A DNA stretch of 57,079 bases, filler included, from Sluysia triapertura (GCA_046118255.1; 4 parts of 4 records of this genome joined end to end with filler, not necessarily neighbours in it); one strand, 5' to 3'. Counted from the whole stretch's first letter, positions 14,213 to 27,019 are shown. Program-made: numbers and translations. The notes: generated by a model from the letters alone, not told the origin.

Positions 14213-14466
14213 CCGTACAACAGACAAGTGGTATCAATGTTGACGCGATGATTGTCACAATTTTTTTAACAAGTATTTTTTTGATACAATCTACGAATCG
14301 CTACTTGCTAATCATAAAGAAATAGCTATAAACGGCGTTTACCATTTATTCGGTATACTGGAATCCAGCTTATATCTTAGTAATACATTGTTCATCGAAT
14401 TCTAGAAAGAAACAATTCAGTTTAACGATTTTAGCAGTGCATGCACCGCTGTAAAAGATTTAACTG

Positions 14467-15262
14467 TTGCCAATATGTCACTCGAAGATCAACATCAGAA
14501 AGATTATAAACCAATATCAACAACTAGTCATCACGTTTATGAATCGATATTATGTGTTCGTTGGAAAGCATAATCGAAGTCAGAGGATAAGACCGAAATT
14601 TAATTTAGAGCCAATTAAGTTGATTATATCTGTTAATCCAATTTCAAATGTTTGTAACATGGAATTAAATGCTAAACCAGACCATTTTGTTAGACTATAT
14701 TCTGATAATGAAATTCAACGTGAAAACTCGGTCGAACTAATTTTATGTAATATCAATAATTTCTACTCAAAAAATGTAAATGATCGTTCCCTTCTGGTCA
14801 TGACCAACGACAAATTTAAAATAAAATTCTTTATACTCAATTTTCAAGAAAATGGTAAAGTTAACAAGTATAGTAATTCTAATTTTATATTTGTTTCTTA
14901 TATACGTTCATTTATGTATTTTTGTTATTGAATCACTGAATTCACTTAATAATAACGAGTCTAGTTTTGTCACATTTTCTACTTTTAGTTTAGAAATTGA
15001 TCATATTAATGTATACTTTGTTTCTGAAATCGATTTTAAATTAGTTGATAGAGTCATACTGTACATGCCCAAACTATTAGTTTCTATGAAGAATTCTAGT
15101 CTCAAAAGAGATCACATCTCTAAAGAGTATATTTATATTATTGTGAACAAAGGTATGACTTTTGTAGACGTGTTTAGAAATAATTTTAAAGGCCAGTATA
15201 TAACGAATTATGAGAGTAACATTAAATCTAAACATATGAATTACCTAACTACGACGCAATAG
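14467..15262 (+). pseudogene. Fragmented orphan ORF downstream of module copy 2
   Basis: Overlapping ORFs 14467..14931 and 14852..15262 (frameshift-like). No recognisable domain. Followed directly by piggyBac-like ends. Confidence 0.45.
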
Positions 15263-15372
15263 TGATACTTAACCCCTTAACTCGAGCGAAGTAAACCCTC
15301 TGAAATGAGAACACTCGAGTTAATTCGAGCGTCAACACTTTTCGTATTACTTTAATAATCACAATCGTTTAA

Positions 15373-15478
15373 CCCCTTAACGTTCAATTTTTTGTAAATA
15401 TCACACTAAAATATAGTTTAGTAAATAATGCAGCAATAAAAAATGAGTTTTTTTGAAAAAAAATTGAACGTTAAGGGG
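15373..15478. mobile_element. piggyBac-type MITE (106 bp)
   Basis: TIRs CCCCTTAACGTTCAATTTTTT / AAAAAATTGAACGTTAAGGGG, flanked by TTAA on both sides. A related orphan end TTAA-CCCCTTAAC sits at 15269. Confidence 0.85.
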
Positions 15479-16479
15479 TTAATAATTGTGTCACACTTGT
15501 CAATAAATGGATTTTTAAAGATGTCATCATTATCGCTGATATCCAATACTTCATTACTACTAGATTTGATTACATTTTTTAAAATTATTTATTCGCTCAA
15601 ACTTTGACTTAATAGTACTAATTTATCATACTTTAATTTATCAATAAGTTTATTTATTTATTTTGTTTAAATTTTGGACACAGTATATAATAATCTGAAG
15701 AATATTTTAGTTATCATTATATCTGACTGCGACCAAATGATTGATATTTTCTTTATTTTAATTTGCAGAACAAATTGATAATTTTATGAACAATTCATTT
15801 AATTTTTGTACAAGTTATTGAATGATTTTCTAATTACGTCAATTTATATATAGATTTTTTTATTTGATAACTTATTTAAATTGATGGAGTAGTCATCCGT
15901 TTTAAATGTGAATTTTTTTGGTTCACACAATTGAAATTGTTTCTTGCATCTCATGACTCGTTATATATAATTTGAAAAAATAACCAATGAATAATCTTTT
16001 AAATTGTTTTGGTTTCCATTGATTAAATCTTAAAACGTGTCCTTTTTAGTTTATACTTGCTGATGTAACAATAATTGAATAAATAAATATTTATACATAT
16101 TTTCTCTCTAGATACCATATTGTATTTTCTACTGAATCATTTTTAAATAATAAATAAGAACAAGAGAATTTAAATATAAAGAATGTGGTAATAATAACAA
16201 AATTAAATTTATCAATACAATCTCATATGTTGTACTAAATGTGCCATTGTTGCTACCACAAAACAATAAATATGATGAGGAAAATCATCGTTTTCTTAGG
16301 CAAATAAGTTGATAATTTTCTCCATTCACGTCTTGACGATTAAAACAAGTCAAATTATTCTGTGACTTATACAGTTAAAAACACATTTTATATAATGTTT
16401 TTTTACTGTTATAAGCAAAAAATGTTTCTCAATTCTATTCTATAATAATTTCTTCATAATTAATTTTTCACTAGATAAT

Positions 16480-16970
16480 CAATTTTACATATAATAAAAT
16501 GTAGAATTTAATCTTATTCCATATGTTTTTGTTGCATCTTTTTGCTTAATAATAATAACAAATTAATATCGATTAATCTATTTAACAAAACCTCCGTAAT
16601 TAATCACTAAATTCAATATAAAATTATCATAATTTCCCTTATTTCGACGATGTTATTTATTCAACCCAAAGATTAAGTTTTTTTAATAAAATAAACAACA
16701 ATTTAATAATTTAAAGATTACAATGAAATCAAATACAAATTACTGTTATAAGACTTTGCTAAACAACATAAAATGACAAAAACTACAGGAGTAACAATAA
16801 CATTTATAATAGTGTCAAGAATATGACATTCTACATGAAGAAACCAGGAGTGACGCAACAAACTAAAAAAACAATATATATAAAGTGAAGAATAATGCTG
16901 CCAAAATATTTCTAGACAGCTTAACCAAACGTAATTACAATTAAATATTATAACAAAAATTTGGGCAGAT
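16480..16970 (+). repeat. Unclassified dispersed repeat, segment C
   Basis: Core AAACCAGGAGTGACGCAACA. Reverse-complement copies at about 39100-39510 and 50350-50800. Confidence 0.7.
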
Positions 16971-17439
16971 ATTCTTCCTAAAATTTAACAGTAATAATAA
17001 AATGCGTATTGTATCTCACAAAACTAATCTTAAAGTCCCAAAAACATAAATTACAAAGGGAGTCTCCCACCTTTATGATATTAAAATCCCTTAAAAATAA
17101 ATTTAATATTTTAAAATAAATTGCAAAGACAGTCTTCCTCTGAACTACAAAATTTAAGAGTAGTCCCACAAAAAAATCAAATGATAATAATCAAAATAAT
17201 ACTCAAAAATAATAATATTAAAATAATAAAATAAAATATGTAATCTTCACCCAAAGCATGGATTTTCTCAATGAGCCCTGTTTTTTTGTAGTGTGATTGT
17301 GTAATTGTGTTGTAAAAATTTAGAAATTTTTATTTTATACTCTCATCGTCCAATCAATTCCCAGTCTTACAACCAAACACTCTGACACAAATCATCCAAA
17401 CTTCTGAAAATCAAACCGACAATAACATTGATAATTACA

Positions 17440-18405
17440 TGGTTAGGTCTGTCAAACCTTATTAGGTACAAAACATAGAAATCTGATTTATTATCATCCA
17501 TCACTTCCTTTTACTCAACTTAATCTACTTTTACTTAAATTACTTCTCACATTAAAATAACAATCAATAATATTATTAACATGCATAAAAATAATGAATT
17601 TAATTGAACTTTTTTATTATTTAATTAATTTTTTATTTTCACATCCAATTTTCTAATGAAAAACGTTTTAAAGTTCTTATTCTCAAAAGAACCATTTTAC
17701 AAACATTTCGAGTTCACTTATAGATTTTCCTCTTTCATCTCATAAACCATTCATCATTTTTGCATCACTCTAAGTATTAAAAATTCAACATTCCATAATT
17801 AAAAATTAATTAAAATTTGACTTTGCTCAATATTAAGGCTTTCCTTGCACAAGCTCGGTCAAATCATATCTTCATCATATCTTCTGCATTCATAAAAACG
17901 TACATTTTCTTAATTAAGTTATTAAGATGTTTAATTAGTTAATCTATTTTTAGACTTAATCTTATTTTATGTTTAAAGGTTTATTGAGGTTCTAAAATTT
18001 TTTAGTAGTTCATAAGGCATTCAGGAAGCTCTAGATGTTTTCACCTTCACTTCTCTTACTTCTTTTTCTACTTCATGTTAATTATTACCATATTAAACTT
18101 ATATTTATTATTTGAACAATGATTATATTTCTCAAATATTTTAAAGATTTTAATACACTTTATTACTCGAAGATCTTTGATGCTTATCAAGGTTTCAGGA
18201 ATACTTAAAGGTAATAAGATCGCAAATAATCTCAATGTTCACAAGCTCAAAAGTACTCTAATACTTTCAAAGATTTTTCAACTCCATTTCAAGTTTCCAC
18301 AAGATCTCAACACATTATATAGGTCTCTAAGATATTCTTCAGCTGCTAGCTTTATTATAAATGTTTTTATTTTCATGATTCCAACTCCGACAATGCTCTA
18401 TCTAT
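17440..18405 (+). repeat. Unclassified dispersed repeat, segment B
   Basis: Homologous to about 27020-27950 (-), 32620-32925 (+) and 38905-39095 (-), e.g. the TCAAGTTTCCA..GTCTCAA..TATATAGGTC block. Confidence 0.75.
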
Positions 18406-18639
18406 CACAGTGAATCCCAAACTTTTCGGTCATACCGCCCCCTTTTCAGAATAAATATTACTTAGTGCCCCCAAGCAAACCCACACCAAATTTTTTTAAA
18501 CTTTTAGAAGCAATTTATATAAAAATCTTAATGTCATTATTTTTTTCATTAAATATATTAAAAATATAAAAAATTATACAATATGACGTTTTGTTTAAAT
18601 AATATTTGTTATGAACTACATTAACTTTTCAATAGGGAC

Positions 18640-18661
18640 CTGACTTTTAGGACACCCTGTA
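18640..18661 (-). mobile_element. Isolated Tc1/mariner-type terminal inverted repeat
   Basis: Minus strand reads TA-CAGGGTGTCCTAAAAGTCA, a typical Tc1/mariner end. No partner end was found. Confidence 0.45.
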
Positions 18662-18702
18662 AAAACGACTATAACAATATTTATATAACTCTATATATTA
18701 TG

Positions 18703-18802
18703 NNNNNNNNNNNNNNNNNNNNNNNNNNNNNNNNNNNNNNNNNNNNTTAATTAATTAANNNNNNNNNNNNNNNNNNNNNNNNNNNNNNNNNNNNNNNNNN
18801 NN
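18703..18802. other. Artificial contig linker (N44-TTAATTAATTAA-N44)
   Basis: Identical 100-bp spacer occurs three times. TTAATTAATTAA gives stops in all six frames. Confidence 0.95.
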
Positions 18803-19029
18803 CATCTTTAAATGGTCCACATCAAAAATGTTGGGCAACTGAAATATTTTCGCGTACACAAACCGGCAGTGGCGATATAGTGGAAATTTATCCTGTTTTT
18901 ATAGCAATAAGACGAGAATATTTCGAAATTATATAAACTTTATTACATCAAAATTTATTTTATATTCAACAACGATTAGATGTTCAATACGAAAGTAGAA
19001 AGTTAAATAAGACGTTTAGATATCGTGAT

Positions 19030-20420
19030 TCTTTACAGTATGCTTTAGATACATTAAAAAAACGCGGCAATTTACCAGTAGGACGTTTAATAGAATTATT
19101 TATCATCATATTTATATTTATAGTATGTTCTTGATATAGCTTAAATCGTAGAACGTACATACTGTAAAGAGGAGTATAAGATGCTGTTGCCTGTAAAAGT
19201 TGATGGAAGATGAAGAATGATAAGAAATATGTGAAATTATTCGTTTAGGTTTGAATAACCGCATTCAGCATCAGAGTACAATTGCATTTTTTAAAATCAA
19301 ATTAGTTATATGTCAATCTTATATTTTGATTTAGTCAGTAACGAAACATGAATCAATGCTTCAAATTCTCATAATTATGTAATTAGTCATCAGTGATTGG
19401 CAGACCAAAGATTCAAATAATTTTATTATAGACGAATATTGTATTGGCCAAGTGAAGTTATTTTCAATAAAAATGATCAAGTTATTTTATTAGAAAATAC
19501 TGGAAGACTTAAAATATCACAAAATGTCTAGAATTCGTTGATGCAACAGAATTTGAAATCATTCAGCTATCCTTGACGACTTTATTTATTTATTTTGAAT
19601 ATTTAGTGTATTAGTGTTACTAGTCACAGGACCAACTTTTAAAGAAATTACTGTACATATGTATTCTATATTAATTATAAAATTATAATATTTAGCAATA
19701 TTGATTTGTTTATAATTGCACGAAAATAGAATGTTCATATTTTTATATTACACTTTTATCTTGACAATTTATATTATTTTATCAGAATACGAGGTAATAA
19801 ACTTACGCAATTTATTAAATGAGGATCTTTATAAGATGATTTTAAGAAATAAATCAATTCCGGTTTTGAATTCATACTTATTGGTGAAGCTTTTGTCATT
19901 AAACTAGCAAAGAGTTTCTACGAATTTAATGATGGCAGTCAAAAACCACTTTTTACGATTAATGCAATAAATATAGGCAAAGATAGTCTGGTGGAATTCC
20001 TAAATGTTTCCAAAATCGTAATTAATATCAATCAAGTACGTAATCTTACATGTGGTGTTACTTTTGAACTGGTTATAGCAAGAGAAGGTATGGTGTTTTA
20101 CACGTCTAAAACCACATAATAAATGGAAATCGCGATATAATGTTTATATAAATATCTATAGTAAAAATGCATTTAATTTATCGCTTCTCTTTTACGAAAC
20201 TACTATAGAGAACAGATTTCCAGATAAAAGATTTTATGCCGTTCAAACTTTAGGTAGCATGATAATGATGTTCAACGTCTCACAAATTTGTGATTGTGAA
20301 AGTTTGTCGATATTTAATTTAACGGATACGTTTATTTCTAAGCTTAACACCTTAGTGTCGTTTTATTCAGAAAATATTAGACCAAACTTAACCTACTCGT
20401 ATAATGATTATGGAGGCATA
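19030..20420 (+). CDS. Possible spliced gene or pseudogene of unknown product
   Basis: Several TAG|...|GT-bounded open segments separated by 30-45 bp AT-rich gaps, e.g. 19908-20087 KSFYEFNDGSQKPLFTINAINIGKDSLVEFLNVSK...TCGVTFELVIARE. No confident family and the model is not resolved. Confidence 0.25.
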
Positions 20421-20469
20421 CAATATTTGAAGACTTTCGAAACCAATGTTTTAATCCAAGTTATAATTA

Positions 20470-20720
20470 TGTATTTATTATATTATTGTTTAAATGTTAT
20501 TTTTTACATGTTAACAGATTTTGCTAATTTATTAAATTTATTAATTATGTTATTGTTTTTAATTGTTTCAGGCCTTAAGTCTATGTTGATAAAGACAAAA
20601 ATAATATTTTCAAATTGTTATAATTCAGTCGTAATTTATTTAAAATAATTTTTAATATAAACAAAAATAAAAATAATTCTAAATTTATTAAATTAAAATA
20701 TACATTGCCCTCCACACAAG
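20470..20720 (+). repeat. Unclassified dispersed repeat, family D
   Basis: Reverse-complement copy at 32210-32490. Both end in ..TGCCCTCCACACA. Confidence 0.8.
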
Positions 20721-21654
20721 GTATATCCTATTACATTCTCATGAAAACATTTTGTATTAATAACATCGTCAGCATGCCAAAGTTCTGGATTACGTTCATT
20801 TGTAAGACAGAATACTTTATTAATATTTACATGTACTTTACAAATAAGCCTTTAAAAACGATATTTTCTGTTTCATCTTTTATAATGCACTGTTACATTA
20901 ACATCTCTCTTTTGACCTACTGACTATTTTATATGATGTAATATTAGATACTGAACTCCGGCTCGGATATTTGTCGGTTATTTGATTAACTTTATTAAGA
21001 TTAATTTTTATGTTCTTTATAATCCTTTTGCTGATTTCATTTAAGTTTTCTGAACTCATGATTTTAATATATACGATAAAGGAAGGTCGGCCTGCCCTAA
21101 GGTCGAAATAAACTAGATATACATATAATGCAAAACATTTATAATCACAAAAATTTAGATATATCAAACGTTTAATTTGTTTTTTAATAATTTTACTATA
21201 ATTTTCGGGTGGCGTTTATAACGTTACTGAAGCATTGCTCATTTTCAATTCGGCATCACTTTGAATTTCGTTGTAATTTATTTGATGAGACTTTGGAGCA
21301 CTTAATTACTGCATTTTACGATCTTTCATATATTTTACTTGTTTCCTATAAATCTTTTTATTAATATCATCTAGGCAATATTTCTTGAATCTGAATTATA
21401 AAATTGCTGATGTAATTTTTGAACTTTCTTATTCTAATTAAACGTATTTGATCTTCAATTTCTAACATAACTGTTGTACGATTATTTGCATTAAGATGAA
21501 AGACATTTAATCGTTGATTTAATATTGGCTCTAATGAGACGGGTTTTGGTAATGGTTCATAAACATTTGTTAGTGGGAAAAAATGGATTTGAATATGGCT
21601 TATTATTTACAGTGACGATGATAGTAAGTGCAATCATTGCAGATGAACCAGTGG

Positions 21655-22250
21655 TGTGGTAGCCAACCCATTATCATAATAAACTTTATTAAAAATTTAT
21701 TTAAATATATTCCACATTTCCAAAAATTCATCCAAAATAATTCATCTTTCATCTCTCAACAATTCAATTTCAACCACATTTGAAGTTAACCATCAAATAT
21801 CTTCAAACTAATTCAAACACCCCAAATTCATAATCAGCATCATTTAATTTTCAATAACACATAAAGACATCACTACTTAAACATATCAAGAAAATAAATC
21901 ACATTCTTAACATTCTATAACTATTCTTGCAAACATACTAAAACTTACACCATAACTTACCTTTTTATTCTCGAAATCATTCTCTTTTAACATACTTTTA
22001 ACTCACGATCTACTAACACCTAAATAACATCTCCACCCGTTAAAAGCATTTAAACACATAACCCCATAACATTAAACCACAATAAAATCGTAAACCATTA
22101 AATCACATAAATTTATCTAAAATATTTTGTCTTTTACCCCAAAACAATCACGATCACATTCGAGAGTAATCAACAAACATCTTCAAAAACATCCAAACAT
22201 TATAAATTCACTTTCAACACATCCTCATATTTAACATCATAAATTCACAT
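21655..22250 (+). repeat. G-poor cassette leader (second subfamily)
   Basis: Starts TGTGGTAGCCAACC. Shares the TTAAACCACAA..CATTAAAT..CTAAAATATT..CAAAACAA block with 45818-46200. Confidence 0.75.
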
Positions 22251-22608
22251 TTTTTTTCTATTATTCTATTTCAATAGATTTAAATATGTTAAGAATATCT
22301 TTAAGAACATAAAAGAAAGTTTATGCTTAATTCAAAAGATAAAAACTTTGTGTTTTCAAGACAGTAATAAAAATAGCACCTTCGTTATTATTATTATTAT
22401 CACCATTTTTATCTTCATCTTTGTCACTGTATCTATTCTATTTCTAAATTCTAAATATGTCGAGAAAATAAATAAAAAAGGAAGAAATGTTTTGTGATTT
22501 AAGAGAAATGTAGAAATTTATGTTTTGTTATTATTATTATTATCATTTTTATCATTGTCATTTTATTTTGTTAATTCTATTTTTAATTCTGAATTAAATT
22601 AGTAATTA

Positions 22609-22765
22609 CCACCATCAATGTTGACATTACTAATCACTATGTATAAATGCATGTCAACATTGATGATGGCTCACCTCTCATTCACTTGGCAATAAACATT
22701 ATTAATGGTCGTCCAACCAGAGTTATCATCACTATTTTATATTTCTCTGGTTGGACGGCAAATCA
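22609..22765 (+). promoter_or_regulatory. Double inverted-repeat module, copy 3
   Basis: Stem 1 matches 18/19: CCACCATCAATGTTGACAT (22609) / ATGTCAACATTGATGATGG (22651-22669). Stem 2 is a perfect 13 bp: CGTCCAACCAGAG (22710) / CTCTGGTTGGACG (22745-22757). Confidence 0.75.
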
Positions 22766-22952
22766 GATGCATAACACACTTACTTTTCCTAAATATTGGC
22801 AGCAAAGTATGATCACATTTTCATAATAATTACTAATTGGCAGCAATTTTTCATACACATTTTCGTAAAAATTACATTAATATTATTGGCAGTGTTATCA
22901 TTATTAGACTTTAACTACAAGTATCTGACATTGCTAAAAAATTTTGTAAAAA

Positions 22953-23610
22953 TTGAAAATTAAAGATAATATAGACTTATTGATGTTATCTCCTAAATCT
23001 AAAAGTTACGGGAAACTTGATTCTGAAAATAAATCCATAAACGACAATGATGTTCTTAAAGAGCATAAAGATAATGGCGATGATGAAAAAAATTATAAAG
23101 ATGATGATCATAAAGTTGAAGACCATAAAGAAAATGGCAACGAGGTTAAACACTATAAAGATAATGATTACCAATCTAACTATTATAAAGATCATGACCA
23201 TAAAGTTAAAGAGTATAAAGATAATGACGATGATGTAAAAGAGTATAAAGATGATCATAAAGTTGAACATTATAATGATGGTGTCAATGAGATCAAACAC
23301 TATAAAGATGATGATTACCAATCTAACTATTATAAAGATTGACCATAAAGTTAAAGATTATAAAGATAATGACGAGGATGCAAAAGGCTATAAAGATGGT
23401 GATTATAAAGTTAAACGTAATAGTAAATGATGTGAATGATATGAATTGCTTTATTATGAAGGTTGTAAGACATGTAGTGTAAGAAAGGCTGAGAAATGAT
23501 TATGTAATTTAACTGGGAATTTTGTTAATTATGCCATGAGTTATATGTTTATTACATGAGTTGGGCCACCGCAGAGGGTTTGCACTAGTGGCCGATCAAA
23601 TATGTAATTT
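22953..23610 (+). pseudogene. Asp/Lys/His/Tyr tandem-repeat ORF downstream of module copy 3, frameshifted
   Basis: About 30-bp units encoding YKD(D/N/H)D(H/D)xxxx. The repeat continues past the stop at 23342 after an apparent 2-nt deletion (GAT-TGAC vs GATCATGAC). Confidence 0.55.
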
Positions 23611-26165
23611 TTAAACTTTGTTTTTTAACTAATTAACCCTTGGCAATACCCCAATGAATTTAATTAATTTAATGATAAATATAAATATATTTTCAAATGA
23701 AAATGAATTTAAATATTTTAAACATCTTTATTATGATTAATACAAGAGATTTTCATATATGGTTCATTTTAACATACTATTTGTACTTGTAACAATGTGC
23801 TGAAATTTTCAGCGCACTTCACATACAAACTTTTACAGTTTCTGTATGTTGTTTTTAACTTTTTAACATAATATCTTGCACGTTTCTTAGACAAATTTAT
23901 TCGCTCAAGTTTATGTTTTACATCTAAACACTTCATGACAAATCCAATTATATTGAGAATTAAAATGCTTAAGGATGTAACTACAAATAGCTAGTGGCAA
24001 TTTTGCCGAAATACTCAAATAAACAAGTTATTGTATATCTGTGATCTTCAAGGGATCCCGCATGAACATTTAATTAATATACAAATATTAATCCACCAAA
24101 GCAACAAGTTAATGTCTTATTATAATTATTACATCGCTACATCATTTATTTATGTATATTTCCATTTTGGCCAATAATATTTACTCTAGAAAGCGTTTTC
24201 CTATGTGAAAGATGACAACCAAGTTGTCAATCATGAAACTGTATTAGTAATGGCGATGTGAACTCAATCCTAAAACATAACAATATTAAAGAAATTCATA
24301 AACTAACTAACACCACTTTTAAAAACTCAAAAAATTACATAACGAAGATATTAACTTAGATGACAATGTAGAGATAATAAAGCTAATGAGTATTAGAATA
24401 ACAGCTGCTCTTCAATCTGAATCCAGTTTTTAAAACCAATTTTGCATAATCAATTATTTAGCCAATTTTTAAATCACCTGAAGAAAGTGATAACACAAAT
24501 GAATTTGGAAATCAATAACTAAAGAAAAACAATTTTCAAATTTTACTGCATTACGCATTAAAGAATTTTTACAAAATTGTTTTTTATGTACATTTAAAAT
24601 TATCTTTCATAAGCTTATCAATTTATTTAATTTTTATTTTCTTTAGTTTAGCGAAATGGCTTGTTCGTGATTTAAATGAAATTAATTTTATGCAGTATAT
24701 TTTTATTAATTATTCTAGTGTTCTCGTCATTAAGATTGTTTTTTCTGCTAGTTTAGTAAGTTGGTCTAAAGCAAGTGAGTTTTCTACATCATCAAGATGA
24801 TGTTTTATTATTTCCATAGGATCTTCAACCTTACCAGAAATATTCGTAATTTGAGACATATTCGAATTGGATGATATGACTACAATTAAAGATATAAATA
24901 ACAAAGTGTGGATTTTCAAAAGATTGAAAGCTGTATTATCGAGTCAGATAGTGATGTTAAAATAGGTGCTGCAATGTATGTGTGTACTAATAAAAGTGAT
25001 AATAATGGTTGAAGAATGATAAAAATAAAGATATGTAAAGATTTTGATAGGATGTACTAATAGGCGTGGCATGAAATTAATAAGGTGTAACGTATTTAAA
25101 GATATGCAAGATGAGGTGATATAAATATAAGGTTATTAAATATTTGATTAGGAAGAATATCATAAGTAATGATAATTTAATAGGATTTGATATGTAAATT
25201 AAAACATGAAATAATACTGGTCATGGTATGAAAGCTGTGAATTATTAGATTGTGAAAATTTTTTAATGTATAACACATTTAATGCGGTATGTGATAGTCT
25301 GAATTCCCGCATATTATGTTGAAATTATGTAAATTAAAAGTGATAATAATTACAATTCTTCTTTGTAATTTTTTATTTACTCATAATTGCAGTTGTTGCT
25401 TGAAATTCCACATGATGTGAATTCATGTCATCTGTCCTCAATGTGTTAAAAATAACGAATGATGTAATGTTTTCTTATGAGATTAAACAGAAAGTATTTT
25501 ATACTAATAATTTTATTAAATCAGATTTTAAACTCTAGATAAATTCCTTAATTTATCATAATTTCTTCGAAACTCCATCTCTGAATCCTCTTAAAACTGA
25601 ACGCTTTGTCATAACTACCACTGAATTACAATGCAATACTTTTCTACATTATTTTCCTTTTTTTATCGAGCATAACTTACTACTCCGATTATAAACAACT
25701 TCTCATGTTTATTCCTGCTTAAATCTTAGAGCCTTTTGTGCTTTCCGTTCCATGATTATCAAGGAATGAATGTGCAATTACGTAAAAGTTACGCAATTAG
25801 AGAATCTAAAGTTGTACAATTAGTAATATAGGGCTCGTGAATTATGAATTATAATCGATTGAATAAATATTATTTAACCTTTTTTCACGTGTGAGTGTTA
25901 AGGGATTAATGAAAAGATATATTCTGAATATATGTGAAACAGTTACTTCATTAAAACAAATTTACTTTAAATAATTTAAATAAAATTTCATAGATATTTG
26001 GAAATTTATTTTAACGATGATGCAATTGTTTAATATCTAATTAAATAATTATTTATGCACTGTTTTTTCGAAATTACATATTGTTATTATTATGTATATA
26101 TTTATATATTTATTATTTTATAATGAACACTTGTTATAAGTGACTGTTGAATCTATAATATTTAG

Positions 26166-26674
26166 GTATAAAATATGCTTGGTTTACCTTACGCAAAAAA
26201 TATCATCATTTAGTATCAAAAAAGTCATTTATTCATTGGTTTGTCGGTGAAGGTTTAGAAGAAAGTGATTTTATTGAAGCTAACGAAGACATCCAGGTAC
26301 TAGAAAAAGATTATGAAGAACTAAGTGAAAGTACAGAAAATACAGAGGAAACTTCAACACCGAAAAAAGTTAAGCAGAGTAAAAATCAAAATAATTGTGC
26401 TACTACTAATATCGCTTCTGGTTTAAGTTCAAATAATGGTGCAGGTAAAACTGAAGTAATTCAAAGTACGAAAAATATTTCTAATGAAACTGTTGTGGTA
26501 GAAAATTCCAATACTACTTCGTATTGTCAACAACTCTACGATGATATTGTTACAACACTTGATCATAAAATACAAAATACAAATACAAAAATGTACCGTA
26601 AGTTACAGAAATTGCAACATAAACTAAATCAAATCAATAAAATTTACAATTGCAATACCACAACAACCTCTGAA
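26166..26674 (+). CDS. Exon encoding a divergent alpha-tubulin C-terminus with a long extension (no upstream exons found; may be a pseudogene)
   Basis: TTTAG|GT ATA... reads IKYAWFTLRKKYHHLVSKKSFIHWFVGEGLEESDFIEANEDIQVLEKDYEEL, versus alpha-tubulin [49 protein letters not shown]. Donor GAA|GTAAGT at 26675. Confidence 0.75.
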
Positions 26675-27019
26675 GTAAGTTTAAGTTACATTTATTGCTA
26701 ATTATATTAATCCTTTTGTTTTATGTAGAAGAGCATATTTTATGTTTTACTAATAAACGGGTTCGTCCATAATGGAATACAGGCAAAATTTAGCTTACTT
26801 ATACAATTTCATTTTAATTTTCTACTTATATGTAGATGGTCTTTGTGTGATGATATAAATTTGGGTAATATTTTAGAAGTTAGAATTGTGCATTGGTGTT
26901 GATGGGATTGCACAATTACGGAATAGTAAATGAGTAAGGAATATTTGGAACTAAAAATGTAGTAAGAATTCATACAAAAACATGGGTAGAGCATAATAAA
27001 ACATTTAAAGATGAAGGCA

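Noticed and set aside
18703-18802. TTAATTAATTAA palindrome within N runs (also 32495-32594 and 44720-44819)
   Set aside because: Identical artificial six-frame-stop linker. Adjacency across it carries no biological meaning.
20259-20648. Apparent paralogous membrane proteins (20259..20648 and 32210..32431)
   Set aside because: The similarity comes from dispersed AT-rich repeat D. No evidence of coding constraint.
22986-23321. Hydrophobic antisense and alternative-frame ORFs (also 23047, 46845, 46918)
   Set aside because: Shadows of GAT/AAT-rich low-complexity sense ORFs.
23090-23340. Resemblance of YKDDDHK / YKDHD repeats to FLAG or 3xFLAG tags
   Set aside because: The units are degenerate, use AT-rich native codons and have no vector context. 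Coincidental.
23780-24919. Possible spliced membrane-protein gene on the minus strand
   Set aside because: Hydrophobic segments are present, but stops interrupt them and I could not build a consistent exon model or family call.
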